Below are positions 27,704 through 41,479 of a stretch of 64,000 nt of DNA, in pieces; the stretch's first letter is position 1; each line of letters begins with the position of its first letter. The notes below the pieces were generated by a model that was not told the DNA's origin, did no database searches, and saw only the letters and a list, made by a program, of their open reading frames with translations. Origin of the DNA: Lama glama (Eukaryota). The translations under genes and the position numbers were made by a program. The stretch lies in NCBI GenBank assembly GCA_028534125.1, contig CM052818.1, positions 35,218,001-35,282,000 of the forward strand. The letters are read 5' to 3'.

Positions 27704-28199
27704 TTCTAAGTTTTCATCCTTTGAATTTTTATCCCCAGCAGCTAGCACAGTACCTTCCACTCTGTAGAGGCTCAACAAATATTTGATAAATGAAATAAAG
27801 AAATATAGAGTTATATATAATTTGTCCTGGGAGATTTAAATGGCATCATCTATTCCTAGCTTTAAAAACCTTGAGAGAGATTCTGTAGTAATGCTAATTT
27901 CAAGTTAGTCTACATTCCAGAGCATCCACCAGAATGAATTGGAGTGGTCTGGACATAAGAGAAGTAAAGTGAAAATGACTTGTACAGTGAGTTACATTTT
28001 TACTACCTAATAGGAAAATTGTCTAACCAGTAACCAGAGGCTCTGTACCTATTATCTAAGCCACCCTATTACTGTGTATTTCCCCAAACTTACCCTGCTC
28101 CACCTAAAAAAATAAATAAAAATGCACCTTTATAATGATCAGAATACTCAAATGAATGGCTGCGATTTAATGATGATACTCAAATATTTTCAAACTTGA

Positions 28200-29230
28200 C
28201 ATTTCACCTGGGTTCCATTCTCCTGTTTCCAACTGCTTTCTAGATATTGCTTACCTATGCTTATCAGTGCCTCTTCAATTCAGCAAATTCCGTCTGAAAT
28301 CTCGTTCACCCTAACCCTCCTGCTTATAGTCTCTACCCCCACCCGTCCAACACCAAATCCTGGTTCCTACTCTTGTGTTCCCTAGGCTGGACATGATATC
28401 ACATCCCACCCAGTAGTCACAGTAAAAATCTCCATTATTCTTTATTCACTAACCCTGTGGATTTAACCTTTCACCACATCTTCTCTGTGTTACCTCCCCA
28501 CTGTTTTTCCTTTTGTCTCTTCCCCATCTTAACTGTCACTGTCCTCCCTCATAATCACTGATCTGACAACTGCCATAACCTTTTCATTCATGTCCCAGCT
28601 TCCATCTCCTCCTCCTTCCAAACCTATTCCACATAAATTTTTAAATAGGGGTGTACATTAGAAAAAATCCTCTTGCCCCTGAAGGTTCAGATTCACTAGA
28701 CTGAAGATAGAGCTTGGGTACCTCATCACACAAAAGCTTCCCAGATGATTCTTATGCACATCTGGATTACAGCCAATATTTTACAAGCTTCTGGAGCTAT
28801 TGTTTGAAAACCCAGCTATAGTCACATCACATTTTGGCTTAAAACCTTTTAATGCTTCCCCCACTGCCTGCAGCATAAAGTCCTAGTTCTTAGCTTGTGA
28901 TGGAACAGGTGTCATTCACATCTGGGCCCTAATCTCCCTTTCCAGATGCATTTTCAACTACTTCCCTTCAAGGACCCTGAGTCTAGCCAAATAAGTTAGA
29001 TCCTAATACACCACGTCCTTTTGGATTTCTGTGCCTTTTTCCGTACAGTTTCTTCTGTCTAGGTTGCCCTTAACTTTTTTCTACATCTGGGAAACTCCTC
29101 AATGTTACTTCACTCTGACTACTCTTTCCCTCATTCTTCCAGGCAGGAGTAACTGCTCTTCATCTGTGACTCCTCAACACTTTGTGTATACTTGTATTGC
29201 TACTCTCATTACTTTGCATTGCGATGATTT
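28200..29230 (+). mobile_element. Decayed L2 with a probable MER5-like insert (~28645-28775)
   Basis: cttaaaaccttttaatgcttcccccactgcctgcagcataaagtcc (L2) and aagcttcccagatgattcttatgcac (MER5). Confidence 0.65.
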
Positions 29231-29233
29231 GTT

Positions 29234-29311
29234 TATATATATATATATATATACACACAGATATATATATATATATCTATATATATGTATGTATAGATAT
29301 ATATATATATA
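29234..29311. repeat. Compound TA-rich microsatellite
   Basis: Interrupted (TA)n runs. Confidence 0.95.
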
Positions 29312-31378
29312 AGGTCATTGTGATAAAGATAGTCTTCCTTATCTTGTATGAGTAGGCACCCAAGAACGCCTCTTTCCTTTTGATGAAGAATTAACAAATT
29401 ATGTCTTTTTTTTACCCCCACCTCTTCTGACTGGAAAATTATCTTTCACCTATATCATTCATCTGTTTTAATCTCATTTTAAAAAAAAATTGATCTGTCT
29501 CATTAACAAAAAGGAACTTCCCAAATCTCTGTACCAAGTTATGTTTGGTGATCATTTGGGTATCATGGAACTTATCAGTGTCTAAAGATAAAGATACCTT
29601 GCTGAGATCTTGTCAAAGAAGATATAGAACATCTGGTTACATGTTCAGGGTATTCGATATGTTTTGAATGTTGAAGATCAACAAAACTGATCTGATGAGT
29701 TGTGTAAGTTTCTATACCAGAATGTTTCTGATGCCTGCAAGTATGAAAAGCTATGATACTGGATTTGTTTCTTTCATAGGAATTATCTCCCTATTCTCTT
29801 TGGACAATGGATTAAAAAAAATCAGAGACAAAAATATAAATTTAGAACTTAAAATTAAGCTAATATCTGTATTCACTTCCATTATCGGTCAACCTAAAAC
29901 AGTTGATTAATTGATTATAACTCAGCTCAGCACTACCATTAATAGGCTGGAAAGTTTGGGGGCAAAACTGGGAAGGTGGGTAGTGAGATAAATAATATGG
30001 AATTAAATTCTAGCCTAGAAAGGCATATTTCAATTCTGAATGTCTGGTTACTTTGTCACATAAAAGGAGGAATGTGTAACAAGAAACATAGTGCTGTGGC
30101 TTAAGAATCAAGAGACCTAAATCCATTCCCTGCAAATTATTTTCCATCTTTGATCTTCTCCATTAAATGAGAAATCATTAAAGATATTTCGCTACCCAGA
30201 ATTGAAATTGATTTTTTTTTAAAAAGGAATGTAGAGAGAGAGAGATGCAGAGATAGAGCCATCCATCCATCCATCCCTCTTAACTTTTTCTCTAGGTAAG
30301 TTGGCTCTACCTGAAAATTATCCCTTGAGCCCATGTCTGAATGTTCTATGAAACCTGCAGAAACAATGAAGATTCTGGTCCCTAAATATTCATCAAGACT
30401 GGCTAAGTATAACCTCTGAAAAACAGTTTCATAAGTAACTCAGCTCTTAAAGATAAGGAGGAACCAAGAGGTAGTTCCCAAACACCTAAATATGAGAGGA
30501 CTTTTCTGCTCTCGATGGACAAATTTCTCTGAAAAGTACTTCTTTCAGTTTAGGAGAGGAAGTGAAAAATTTCCCAGGAGGAATATTTAGCAATAGTCAT
30601 GTGGCTCCAAGTGCAAGACAGAAGCCCTTTGTAGCTAAACCTGGTTGGGAGGGAGAAGGGCTGAAGAATGGCTGAAAGGCAGACTCATAGATTACTTTTG
30701 ATACATTTGGAATCATTCATTCAAGACTCTCACAAGAGGGAGAAAGAGATCTTGAGTCCAGAAAACCAGCAGCTTAAGACAAGTTATCAAAATTGCTAAC
30801 CTTCCAATTTAAGTCTGGATTAGGTTATGAAGGACAGCCTTCTGATTAGAGTACAGGTATAAAATGTGGACTCATTGTTAAGATTCTGGTAAAGGGTTAA
30901 TAAAAAATTTAGTTTTAACAATTTGTTTTTGGTAAAAAAGTATACAAACTTAATCAGAGAGAAGACAGTGAGCTCTAACCAAATCTTAGGAAAAACACGC
31001 ATGTTGCTGCTGTGACCTTTGTAACATACCACAGACGCCACACACCTAGTGATCCTGTAAACACCGAAAACGCAGAACTCAGCCTCTCGTGTGCTGAAAG
31101 TATAAAACAACGGCCACCGGAGCGACATCCCTGTGGCCGTGTGGGTACAGTTAGTGCTCCTCCTGTCCTGCGAGGGCACTGCTCGGGGTCCTTCGGCTTT
31201 GTGCGAGAGAACCCTTCTTGTTGAGTTTACTTAGGCTGGAAGTAGGGATTTCCACCCCTGGGGCCTCACTGTGCTTATCAGGAATGATAGTTGGTCCTTT
31301 TGCCTTTGTCACTTTTTCTTTTGTTTCCCCTGGTCTCACTGGTGATTATTAATGTAATGTAAATGTCTTTTCTTTCAG

Positions 31379-31456
31379 TCCTCCTCGCCCTCTGACTAAT
31401 ATGAATGACACCATGGTGAGCCACCTGTCCTCCGGAGCGCCCACTCCCAGCAAGAG
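31379..31456 (+). CDS. DTNB: Beta-dystrobrevin internal coding exon, 78 nt, phase 2/2: [25 protein letters not shown]
   Basis: Acceptor tcttttctttcag|T and donor AAGAG|gtaggt. The translation matches the recognised DTNB segment and is in frame with the downstream exons. Confidence 0.95.
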
Positions 31457-32392
31457 GTAGGTGGGTCTTGCTCAGAGTTGGGTCCCAGCCTCTGGCCTGG
31501 GAAGCAGGCCATTCCACAGGGCAGAAGGGACTGGCTTGCTTTCTTCTCTTTTGACTGTCTTTTAATATTATTTTCTACTTTTTAATCTTCTTTCTTTTTT
31601 TTTTCCCTCTGATAACTTACAAATATAGCAACTGAAAGAGCCTGCTTTTGAGTGGTGCCTGAGGTGGAAACTCTCCATTTGTGACAAGCAGTGAACATAG
31701 TGTCAAAGCAGATTAGACATGTTTAGATCTTTTTATTTTTAACATTAAACAATATTTTGATGAGCACAAATTTCAACAGTTTTGCGTTAGAGTTCTTTGA
31801 GCGTCAAAGATTGTTTCTGCTTCCTGATTAGACTATGTGAACTGAACGAATCCCTATTTCTCCTAAATCATCCTGTATAGGATTCATAAACATTTAAGTT
31901 GAAAAGCCCGAGTCCCCCTCTTAGTTATATGAAGAGTTTCCTTAGGGTCCTTTAAGGAACAAGAACTGTGTACTCCTCTCTCCTCTTTATTTAGTTTACT
32001 CTTCTCCAAAATTCTCTTAGGCAGGACTTAAAAGAACTGTATGAAATGGTTTACTTTCTATCTGATTTAAGCTGTTCCGTCACCAGAGCAATGCAGAAAC
32101 TTGCTCAAGGGCACAACCATTAAAGAATTTTTTCTAACAGTCATCACTCAAAAAGAAAAAAAAACCCAAAAAACAAAAAACCAAACAAACAAAAAAAAGA
32201 AGACATTCCAACCCAAATCCTTCCTGAAGAAAAGCACTTCGTACTGCAAACCTGAAGAAAACCGTATGTACTGATTGCTTTGGATTATTTTGGCTATAGA
32301 AATGTCATCTACTTAATAACACTTTGACTTAATATTTATAATATATAATACTTAACATCAGCTATGTTCCCATTGGCTAAAACCACGAGACC

Positions 32393-32555
32393 AGTGTTTC
32401 TTGAACTTGAGTGATAAGAAGAATCACTTGGTTCATCCGTTAAAAATACACATTTCTGGGACCACATCGGACCCAGTGGATCCTGAGATCCTGTGAAGCT
32501 ACACATTTAACAAGTATTGCAGACGATTCTTAGCATCCAGCAAATTTGGGAAATT
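32393..32555. mobile_element. MER5A-like hAT MITE
   Basis: cagtgtttcttgaactt...agaatcacttgg...tttaacaag...gattctt...tttgggaa. Confidence 0.65.
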
Positions 32556-32774
32556 GCCTTAGAAAGAAGCAAAGGAGTCAATGTAGGAATCCTCTGCCCT
32601 GGAACAGAGGATTTAAGGACTGACTAAATCAGAGTGACTTGGTAGTACAGTGTTATCCACACGGAGACTCAAGCCCCTGATCAGGTAAGAGTGCTTGTCC
32701 GCAGCCTTACTGGGACACTCGTAGCAGAAGGATAGCCAAGCCGCTTCTTTTGGGCAGAACTAAGTGGAATCATG

Positions 32775-32925
32775 TACTGGAGCACAGACTTCCAAGCCAG
32801 ACTGTCTGCATTCGAATCCTGATTCTCATCAGACCTTGAGCAAGATTCTTATCTTCGCTGCTTTATTTCTAAAATGAGGACAGCAATAGTATATATGTTG
32901 TGGGGCTTCTGTGAGAATGTAAGAT
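32775..32925 (+). mobile_element. MIR SINE
   Basis: gccagactgtctgcattcgaatcctgattct...gaccttgagcaag. Confidence 0.75.
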
Positions 32926-34949
32926 ATTGTTGTCATTCTTGACAAAGTAAGCTGTAATGAGAGAACAGGTAGGGAAGAGATGGAAGAGTTTACGAGTAAT
33001 GCCCTCTCCCTCCAGGAGGAACAGAGGCTTATGGAAGAACACAAAGCAATTAAACTTCTCCCACCTGCCTGGATATTACAGCCACCATTGCTGGCCTTAA
33101 CTTTTTATGTTTAACACCCATAGCATTCAGACCCAGACCCAGAATCTAAATATTAACTCAAAAATATTTCTGTTTCAAAACTAGGAGGACAAGGTAGATT
33201 ATTGAAAGAAGCTTGTAGGTTTTATGTTAGTTGTAACAACACCATCTCTTAGGGTTTCACTTCACCTGAGTTCTTCATTTACGAGTTTTGTCACTATGAG
33301 TCACCTAAGTCCCTGCGGGCCCTGAGGGCATGGTGGCTGAGGACACTGTGCATTCAGTGACCACAGCTGAATGCGGCTGCTAGCGGCTGTTAGAGGGAGT
33401 GCATCTTTCTGGATGATGTTTTATGCTCAAGAGGACTGAAAGAAGACTGCCCGGGAGCAATAATCATCGCAGCCGCCTGCGCAGAGGGACTACAGTGGCT
33501 TGATGTTGCTGTATGAAGCCCCAGCTCGGCAGTCAGTGACCAGCTGCAATCGTCAGTCACAGAGTATTTACTATTTCTGAAAGTTGTTACAGATAATGTA
33601 GTGTAGCTTGGGTTAAGATTTTACTTTAAAGTCAGCATTTCAGCTAGCATCTCTTTTGAGGTGGACTTAACTGACGCTAGAGGTGGTTATTGCAGACGCT
33701 CTGGGGGCTGAGCAGCAGACCGACCAAGTGCAGCCAAAGCCCTTAGGAGACTGAAAGGAAGGCGGGGCTCTGTAACTTACCAAGAAGAGTGGTTGCTGGA
33801 GTAGCGGCAGCATGGCAACAAGATGCTCCATCCTAACAATGTTGTCCTTAGAACTTTAGATTTCACTTCTATTCAGGATGAGATTATGACATAGCATGTG
33901 GACATTAATTGCATAATTTATAGATTTGGCTCTTCATGGCCTCAGTTACCAAACAGTATAAATTTCCAGATAGTATCCTATTTGCTTCCTCGAGGACTCA
34001 TCAGTTTTTATTTTCTCCTCTGAATGGCGTCAGACCTGTGTCTCCAGAGTCTGATGAAAGCCAGGAACCCAGCACGTCATCCCAGTCATAGTTCCTTCCT
34101 CTGCTGGGGCAGAGAATCCTCAGGGGGCATAAAGCTACTCTCCAGAAATGTAGAACTCAGCATAGGATGTAAGTCACTGACTCAGACAAGAACATGCACA
34201 GTAACAAAAATGCAGGAAAAAATTAAGGGCTCCAGTTTCTACCTTTTCAACAGGCAGTGCATATAAAAATGGTGATAAGCCCCAGTGGTCAAACACAATA
34301 CTTGATTAGTCCAAATGAAGGACGACCTCAAATGTAATGGTTACTTTTTACAGAAGAAAACCTTATAAATGGCAAAGATGCTGGCTATCATGTGAGAAAT
34401 TGTAAATTATGTTCCTGAAAGGTTCCACTCTAGAGATTTGCCCTCTATAGTATTTTTCTAATATTCCCATATTGACATTTCTGTATTTGAAAGGAAATTT
34501 CATCTTTGCCTTAGATTAAACGGTTTCTGGGAATTTGATGTCTGTCAAAAAATCAGAACAGTACAGTTAAAAACAAACTTTCCAAACTTTAAAACAGAGA
34601 CTTAAAGTGCCCCTCTGCCCTCTGACTTCCTCCAAGGCTTGCTCCTGCCCCTTTAACTCCCCAGGATTCTCAGAGTGATTATGCAATTATCTGTACTGTT
34701 GTAGTGTTTTAGATCACACCTTTTATTCAGACCAACGTGGAAAATGATGCTAATATTTTTAATATGTTCTAAAACTTTAGCTTTAATTATTTATACATAC
34801 AGAAACATATACAATTCTGTGGAAATCTCATATGACTGCCAGTAACAAAAACCTCCAATATGAAACTTGCTGGTTCTGTGCGTTTGGTTGGTATAATAGT
34901 TTCAACTCTTTTAGCTTCAGGAATTAAAATCGAACTCTAAAAAGCACAA

Positions 34950-35089
34950 ATTCAGTTAAGCAAGATGAAAAAGCTCTAAAGATCTGGTGTACAACCTTGT
35001 GCTTATACTTAACAATACTGCACTGTACACTTAAAAATTACGCTCTAGTAGATCTTCTGTCTTCTTACCACAGTTTAAAAAAAAAAAAA
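34950..35089 (+). mobile_element. L1MA-type 3' end with poly-A
   Basis: ctaaagatctggtgtacaac...aacaatactgcactgtacacttaaaaatt...poly-A. Confidence 0.75.
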
Positions 35090-35794
35090 GGAAGAGGAAG
35101 AAGAAAACAAAAGGCGCCGAACTACAAGACAAAGGCAAAAGGAGAGGGGGAAGGGCAGAGGTCCCCACAGACAACAAAACCAACTGAACTGCCACCAGGA
35201 TGTCCACCTGTGGCTTCTCTGTCTCTTGGCTTCTCTCAGTGTGCTGTCCTCACGCCCTCCTCCTGCAGAGCAGCCACCTCTCAAGGTGCTGATGGCCTCA
35301 GACTCACATCCACAGCCTGTCCCTCAGGAGGTTGTGCCTCTCCTCCCTTGGGCTGGGAAACTCCAGGAAAGGATTCTGGTTCTCTTGGATAGCGCTACTG
35401 TCATCAGAACAGAGGAAGGAGCGTTTCCCTGAAAGAAGGTGGTACCGTCAAGAACAGGAGAGATCCCTGGGAAGAAAAACAACAGCGGTCATTGACAGAA
35501 TGCTGTTTTGCCACCCAGCACACAGACGTGTGCAGAAGTGTGTACACTCACACACACACACCTTCCCATGCACATTTCCACTTCCAGCACTTGCCTTCCT
35601 CACACAGTGCAGCTCTCCATATACAACTGCAGGGGCACACCTGCCTTTCCCAGGCATCTTAGCCACCGCCTGCAGACAGCACTGGGTCCCAGACATCTAG
35701 GTCACGTTCATTCGTCAGGATCAGGTGTAGGTGCGTCTTTTATGGTTCATTACCCCATTCTACCGTGGACCGAATGAGTTTTAAGAACTCACAA

Positions 35795-35905
35795 TGAATA
35801 TATATATGTTCATGTATAACTGAAAAATTGTGCTCTACACTGGAATTTGATACAACATTGTAAAATGTCTATTACTCAATAAAAAATACTAAAATTAAAA
35901 AAACC
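35795..35905 (+). mobile_element. Short 5'-truncated copy of the lineage L1 3' end
   Basis: Near-identical to the reverse complement of 50880-50980 (taactgaaaaattgtgctctacactggaatttga); flanked by the repeat aactcacaa. Confidence 0.9.
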
Positions 35906-36717
35906 CCACACACCTCTAAAACTCACAACTCACAACTACATCTCAAACTACAAAGGTCGAGATCTGAAAATAAGATGATTGCAATTTAGAGAAGGGGGAA
36001 AGGGAAGTAACAAAACACATATTTAGCCACATTTGCCTATTTCCTCCTGAAACACCACGAAAATGACAGTCAAGACTTTTTTTTTTTAGTAGAAACAACA
36101 ACAGAGAAAAATGAACGAGGAGACAATGGCAGCAACATTTTGGAAGCAGCGAAGCGGATGGACGAATGGTAACTGAACACACTGGACAGAACTGAAACCT
36201 AAGCTGACAAGAAACCCAGAAGAAAGCCCACGCAGGAATGAGAAGGCTTCGGGTGGGAGGATCTAGGCTGACCGGCTGATCTGAGGAGCACTGAGAGCCT
36301 CAGACTGTCTGCATAACTGGGCACCTGCCCCTACTCCACCCCGCCAAAGAGTTGAGATTTATATTTGGGGTTTCTGGAGTCATACAACAACCATAAAAAC
36401 CCTAGTTGTCTTCAGTGTCTCACCTGGGCGAGCTGAGGCAACTGGCTTGCAGACAACCCGTCTCCTTCCCTTGCGAAGTCACACTAAAGACTTCAGGAAG
36501 TGCTGCATCCTGTTATTCCTCTCAAGGTGCCTGGAACTCCAGCGTAAAGGACACAAGATCTAAGTCCCAGGATCCCTGAGGTTACAGTTAACCAGTGGCT
36601 CTGTGCTGTAGCCATATAGCGAAGGCTGCTGTAGTCCCTCCCTGGGATGGAGGGCTCTGCTCCCATCTACATCTCAGCCTGACTCAGCTCATCTCAATGA
36701 GTGTCACACCCCACTTC

Positions 36718-37135
36718 TAGTATTAGTTTCTGTTTACGTCAGAACTCTGCGCTGCTTCTGTAAATAACAGAAGCTCAGTTTGAATGAGCTTAGGGAAAAC
36801 AAACAGATTTTTGTTTTTGTAACCAGACTGTGGGCAGAGCAGGGTGGCATATAGCCTCAGCGATGACAGAGCAAGGGGAACTCTAGTTCATGTAGGTATT
36901 TCCCTGCTTGCCCCCTCTCCCCACCCTCTCACTGCTCGTCCACTCCTCCATCGCTAGTATAACTGCCTTCCCCACAGCAGGGAACGTAGCCAAGAGACCC
37001 ACATGTTCACATTTTGTAACCTCATTACCCTACGGGGATCTGGTTTGAAAACTCTGCGTGAAAGTTCCATTTGATCCATCTTGGATCATGTTGCCCACCC
37101 CAGGGTTTTTTGTTCAGTGGCCCCACCTAGAATAA
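36718..37135 (+). mobile_element. MLT1 (MaLR) solo LTR remnant
   Basis: Starts tattagtt...gtcagaactct...gtaaataacagaagctcagtttgaatgagcttag, typical of old MLT1J/K. Confidence 0.55.
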
Positions 37136-39192
37136 CATGGTTGAATGGGTGGGAGGGTCAGTGCTTAACAGAAGGGGGTCTTCTGTCCCTAGAGAAGGTA
37201 GAGGTGTTGAAGAGACATGTAGCTTTAAGCTTCTTTTTCAGGTGGTTTCTGAAAAAAAAAATTGCATGTATAAGTAAGTTCCATTGCACCTCTATTTGCA
37301 TAGATCTGTTTCAGGAGACCTTTTTTTCCCCTACCACCTCATTTTAATTTTTCTCAAGGGCTAAGTCTTTCTATTCTGTTCTGTTTATGAATATCATTGT
37401 GTTGGGACGTAACAGCATCTTTGGTGGTGACAGGTAAACGTGAGAGCCACTGATTCTGAGTAAGTCGCCAATTTCGAGGAATCTTAAGTAAATCAGGCAA
37501 GATTTTATCAGAGCTTTTTTACTCTAATACATACTTCATAAGAAGGCAAAGCAGTTGTTAAAGGCCAGAAGGTGCCACAGTCTAAATATTATTTCTGAGC
37601 TATAGAAACATGACCAAGTTAAGAAAAGAGTTTCCCTACAAGGATTTTAAACTGGCTTTTTGACGGGTGCTAAGGTAAAGAGCTCGTCTTGTTATCTACA
37701 GAAAACAGTAGAATGACAAAAACCACAATATGCTATTTTTTCAGACTGAAAACAATAGAGATGTTGGGGAAACTGAGAAAGGAAGCAAAATGAAATTGGT
37801 CAAGTCAGAAACTAATCATGAGTGGACTCAAGCCACTGACTCTCTTTCTGTGAAATGAGAAAAATAGAGTTCGAGTGAAAAGCAAGAATTAATGAGTTTT
37901 TCAGCATGGCCATGAAATAACTACCTTGTATGAATTCTTTGTGAGAACCTCTCCAAGGCAACACAGAAATTATTTTTTCCTCCAGTCTTTTTTTGAAAGA
38001 CAGAAAAGCAGAGTAATTGAAAATTAACACATAATCTTATGGAACTGCAGGGTCTCGGTGTTGGCAGATTTCCCAAGTCCACCTGATGGCCTGGGCAGCC
38101 TGCCAACTTTCTGCTTCTGAGTTGGGATTAAATTTCATTTCCATTCAAGCATTTAAGGTAAACCCTTCAGCAGTCCTAACTCAGGTTTGTACAAACAAAA
38201 AGCTTGAGTACTTCTAAGTCCATACTTAAAAACCTTGATCTGAATAGTTTCCTCATCTCATTGGACTGAGGCTTGAGGTCCTGAACGTGAGCAAGAATCA
38301 CATCCATTATGGATTGTCTGCCGAGCAGAGGGGAAGGAGGAACAGGTTTGGGGAGAAAGACTATGAGTACAGAGTTGTCATGTTCAGACTGAGATGCCTG
38401 AGGGAGCCAGGCTCTGTAGACTTTGGAGATGAGGGGCTGAGGAAATGGGTGGCTGGTTCTCTTTCTGACTTGAGTTAGGTACCTTTGATCAAAACACAGG
38501 AGGAAGACTTCGTCAGGAAAAGAACAAGGTTATATTGGTGAGAGGTGCCTGTGGGACACCGGGGAATCAGACCATAGCATGAGTTCTGGTCATCCAGATT
38601 CTTCCAGCTACCTTGGATTCATACCATCAAAGGGCAGACCAGTACTGAGATCCAACAAATGACCAGTAGAACCTATATACACACGCGCACGCACACATAC
38701 ACACACACACGCACGCTCGCTCGCTCACTCGCTCTCTTGCTCACCTTCTGTCTTTTACATTTTTACGTATGCTTTGGAGGCTATTAGCTTAGGTACCTCT
38801 TGACCGCCCCGTGTCCTAAGAAGCTGACTGAGTGCAGTGCACTGCATTCTAAGGATGGGGGGCACTGCAGGTCTGCACTCATGATGGAAATTCCTATAGC
38901 AAAGCTCAAATTCCTGTGCTGATCCTCCTTAGACCCATGTTTAACTATAGTTTTCATTCCTTTTAACATCAACTTTTAAAATATTTCAGCTTCCTTTAGT
39001 AAAGCAGACATTTGAAACAAATCAGTGCTGTTGTACTCGTGCTTAACCTTTTTCCTGGATCTTTTTATTAGAAAACCTCAGTCCACTCCCCAGCATCCTG
39101 TCTTGTCTTTGCAACCAGAGGGATTTTTCTGAAATGCATATCTGAGTATGTTACTCCCCTGGACAAAACCCTCCAGTGGCTCGTCCTCTCTG

Positions 39193-39375
39193 CAGTGCTG
39201 TCCGAGAGCATGGGATTGTCTCGTGCTAAGTGCTCTGGTAGCCATTAGCACGTGTGTGTACTGAGCACTTGAAATGTGACTGGTGTGAGAGAGGAAGTGA
39301 ATTTTTAATTTTATTTAATTTAAATTAGTTTGAATTTAAACAGCCACATGTGGCTAGTGTGTCGCAGCACAGTTC
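39193..39375. mobile_element. MER3-like hAT MITE
   Basis: gtagccattagcac...tgagcacttgaaatgtg...aatttttaattttatttaattt...agccacatgtggctagtg. Confidence 0.85.
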
Positions 39376-40419
39376 TGCAAGGTAAGGCCCACATTTTCAG
39401 TGTGGTTTACAGGGCCTCTTCTGAGCTGACCCTTGCTGGCCTCTCCACCCGTACCGGTTCCACCCTTGCTACTGGGCATCTGTGCTCAGAATTGCTTTAA
39501 TCACTCACAGCTCTCCAAGCAGGTTTCTGCATATGCTGCTTCAGCCTTGGTGCCTCCCATCCTTTTCCTGCTATTCCCTGCTTTTGTCATCTAATCTGCC
39601 TTCTCAGTTTAGCTTCAGCTCCTCCAGGAAGCCTTCCCTAATACCCTAAATGCAGTATTCGTCTGTGGCATCTTGTACATATCATTGTATTGAAATTACC
39701 TGTTTGTTCGATGCCTTTCTAGACTCTAAGCTGCCTGAGGGTGAGGACTCACCAGGCTTTATCCAGAAACGTATTCCTTTTCTTCAAATCTTGCTGCTGC
39801 TTGCCTCCTAATCAGCACTTCTTACAGGAAAGCAATTTTCTTCTTCAGTTATTTCAAGAACATAACATCTTATAACATTGCCTGCTTGTTTCACTGAGCG
39901 CTGAGAAATGCAGGATGTGCATTACACTGGAGCACTGGATTCTAACACATCATGCCAGCTGGTCCACTCCAGCGGTCCCCTCTTGGTGCCCTGTAACTCC
40001 CCTCCCCAACAGGGAGAAACTGGCTCCTGTTATGCCATCCATTTACTTATTCAGTCAGTCCGAATAGCGTGTATCACAGGTTCAGAAGTGTCAATTTATT
40101 GTCTAAACAGATTATTGGGGGTTGTATATGTAACACATATTATGCATATATATAGTCAAAAAAAGAAAGAGTTAAAATTCAAAAAGTAAATCTGGGAAAA
40201 CAGACTTTTGAATGTGAGTTGAACAACACAACACCCATGCCCCAAACAAAACTGTCAGAAAATTCATGGGCATTTAAATTTCTTATTTACCATAGGTGGC
40301 TAGTGTTAGTGCTTTTCATTTTGGTTTAGATCCATAATTATCTGGCAAACAGCACTTGCTCTAAATAACATTCTTCGTATAACACTAAAGTGGAGTTTAA
40401 TGGGCTGTTGCTTCCATGG

Positions 40420-41375
40420 TGAATGTCTCCAATTTCTGTTCTGCCATTTCCTTTGGAACATACCCTGGTCAGATTTTCACTTCCCGTTACTCTGCCAGAA
40501 CCACTTCTGTCAAGGAGACCAGTGACTTCCACGGTGCTAAATCCAGTGGTGAATTCTCAGGCTCTGTCTGACTCGACCTCTCAGTGGCATTCAACGTAGA
40601 TGATCGCTCCCTTCTACTTGAACACTTTCTGCACTTGCCTCCAGATACTGTGCTCTTCTGGTTTTCCTCCTGGTTCTTCTCGGCCCCTTTTGCTGGGTTT
40701 TCCATACCTCTTTGAACTCTAAATGTTAGTATATAAGAGGGACCACTTCTCTTTTCTGTCTGTACTGCCTGTAAGTGATCCCACCCAGACTCATAGCTTT
40801 CGGTGATAGCCACATACTGGTGACATCCAAACTTATTTTTCTGGCCCAGACCTTCCCCCTGAGCCTTTCCCTTTTCCCTCACTTATCTTGCTCCTAATCA
40901 GTACCTTCACTTGGATATTTACTACATATTTCACAATTAGCAGGTTTTAAAGTGACTTCTGTATCTTCTCCCATCAAATCTACTTCTCCCTTAGTCTTCC
41001 CCATCTCTGTGAATGGCAGTCCCATTCTCCTAGCTGCTTAGTCAGACCCTTGATTCTTCTCCCATCTAAACTGTCAGATTATGAGGTCATCTCTATCCAA
41101 AAACACTGTCAAAGTCTATCCAAGATCGTGCTATTTCTTACCACTTCTACTGCTACTTCTGTTTCCTGACCACTCTTGTCTCTCATCTGGAATGCTCAGT
41201 AGCCTCCTAATTGGCTGCTGCTTCCCCTGCTCCCTGGCGCTTAATCTTTCATAGAGCAGATGACCCTATTAAAGTATACGCTACATCATCCCTCACTTCT
41301 GCTCAAGACCTTCCAGTAACTTCTAATATCAGAGTAACAGCTAAAGCCTTTTTAATGGTGTGCAAGGTTTTATAG
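40420..41375 (+). mobile_element. L2 LINE internal region
   Basis: tgtcaaggagaccagtgacttccacggtgctaaatccagtgg, tcagtggcattcaac and agcctcctaattgg motifs. Confidence 0.85.
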
Positions 41376-41479
41376 CACTACTTCTCAGTCCATCTGTCAT
41401 AATGAAGCAGTTTGACTTGTTTAATTTCTCATTTGAAGTGGAATGATACTTTACAAAAGCATGATAAAATGAGTTACAT

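Noticed and set aside
1..31378. Additional DTNB coding exons upstream of 31379
   Set aside because: No dystrobrevin-like peptide with proper splice sites was recognised. The preceding exon is probably outside the window, though very small exons cannot be excluded by eye.
34997..35777. Overlapping ORFs of 68-131 aa
   Set aside because: They begin in an L1 tail and low-complexity sequence, with no protein similarity and no splice-phase fit to DTNB.
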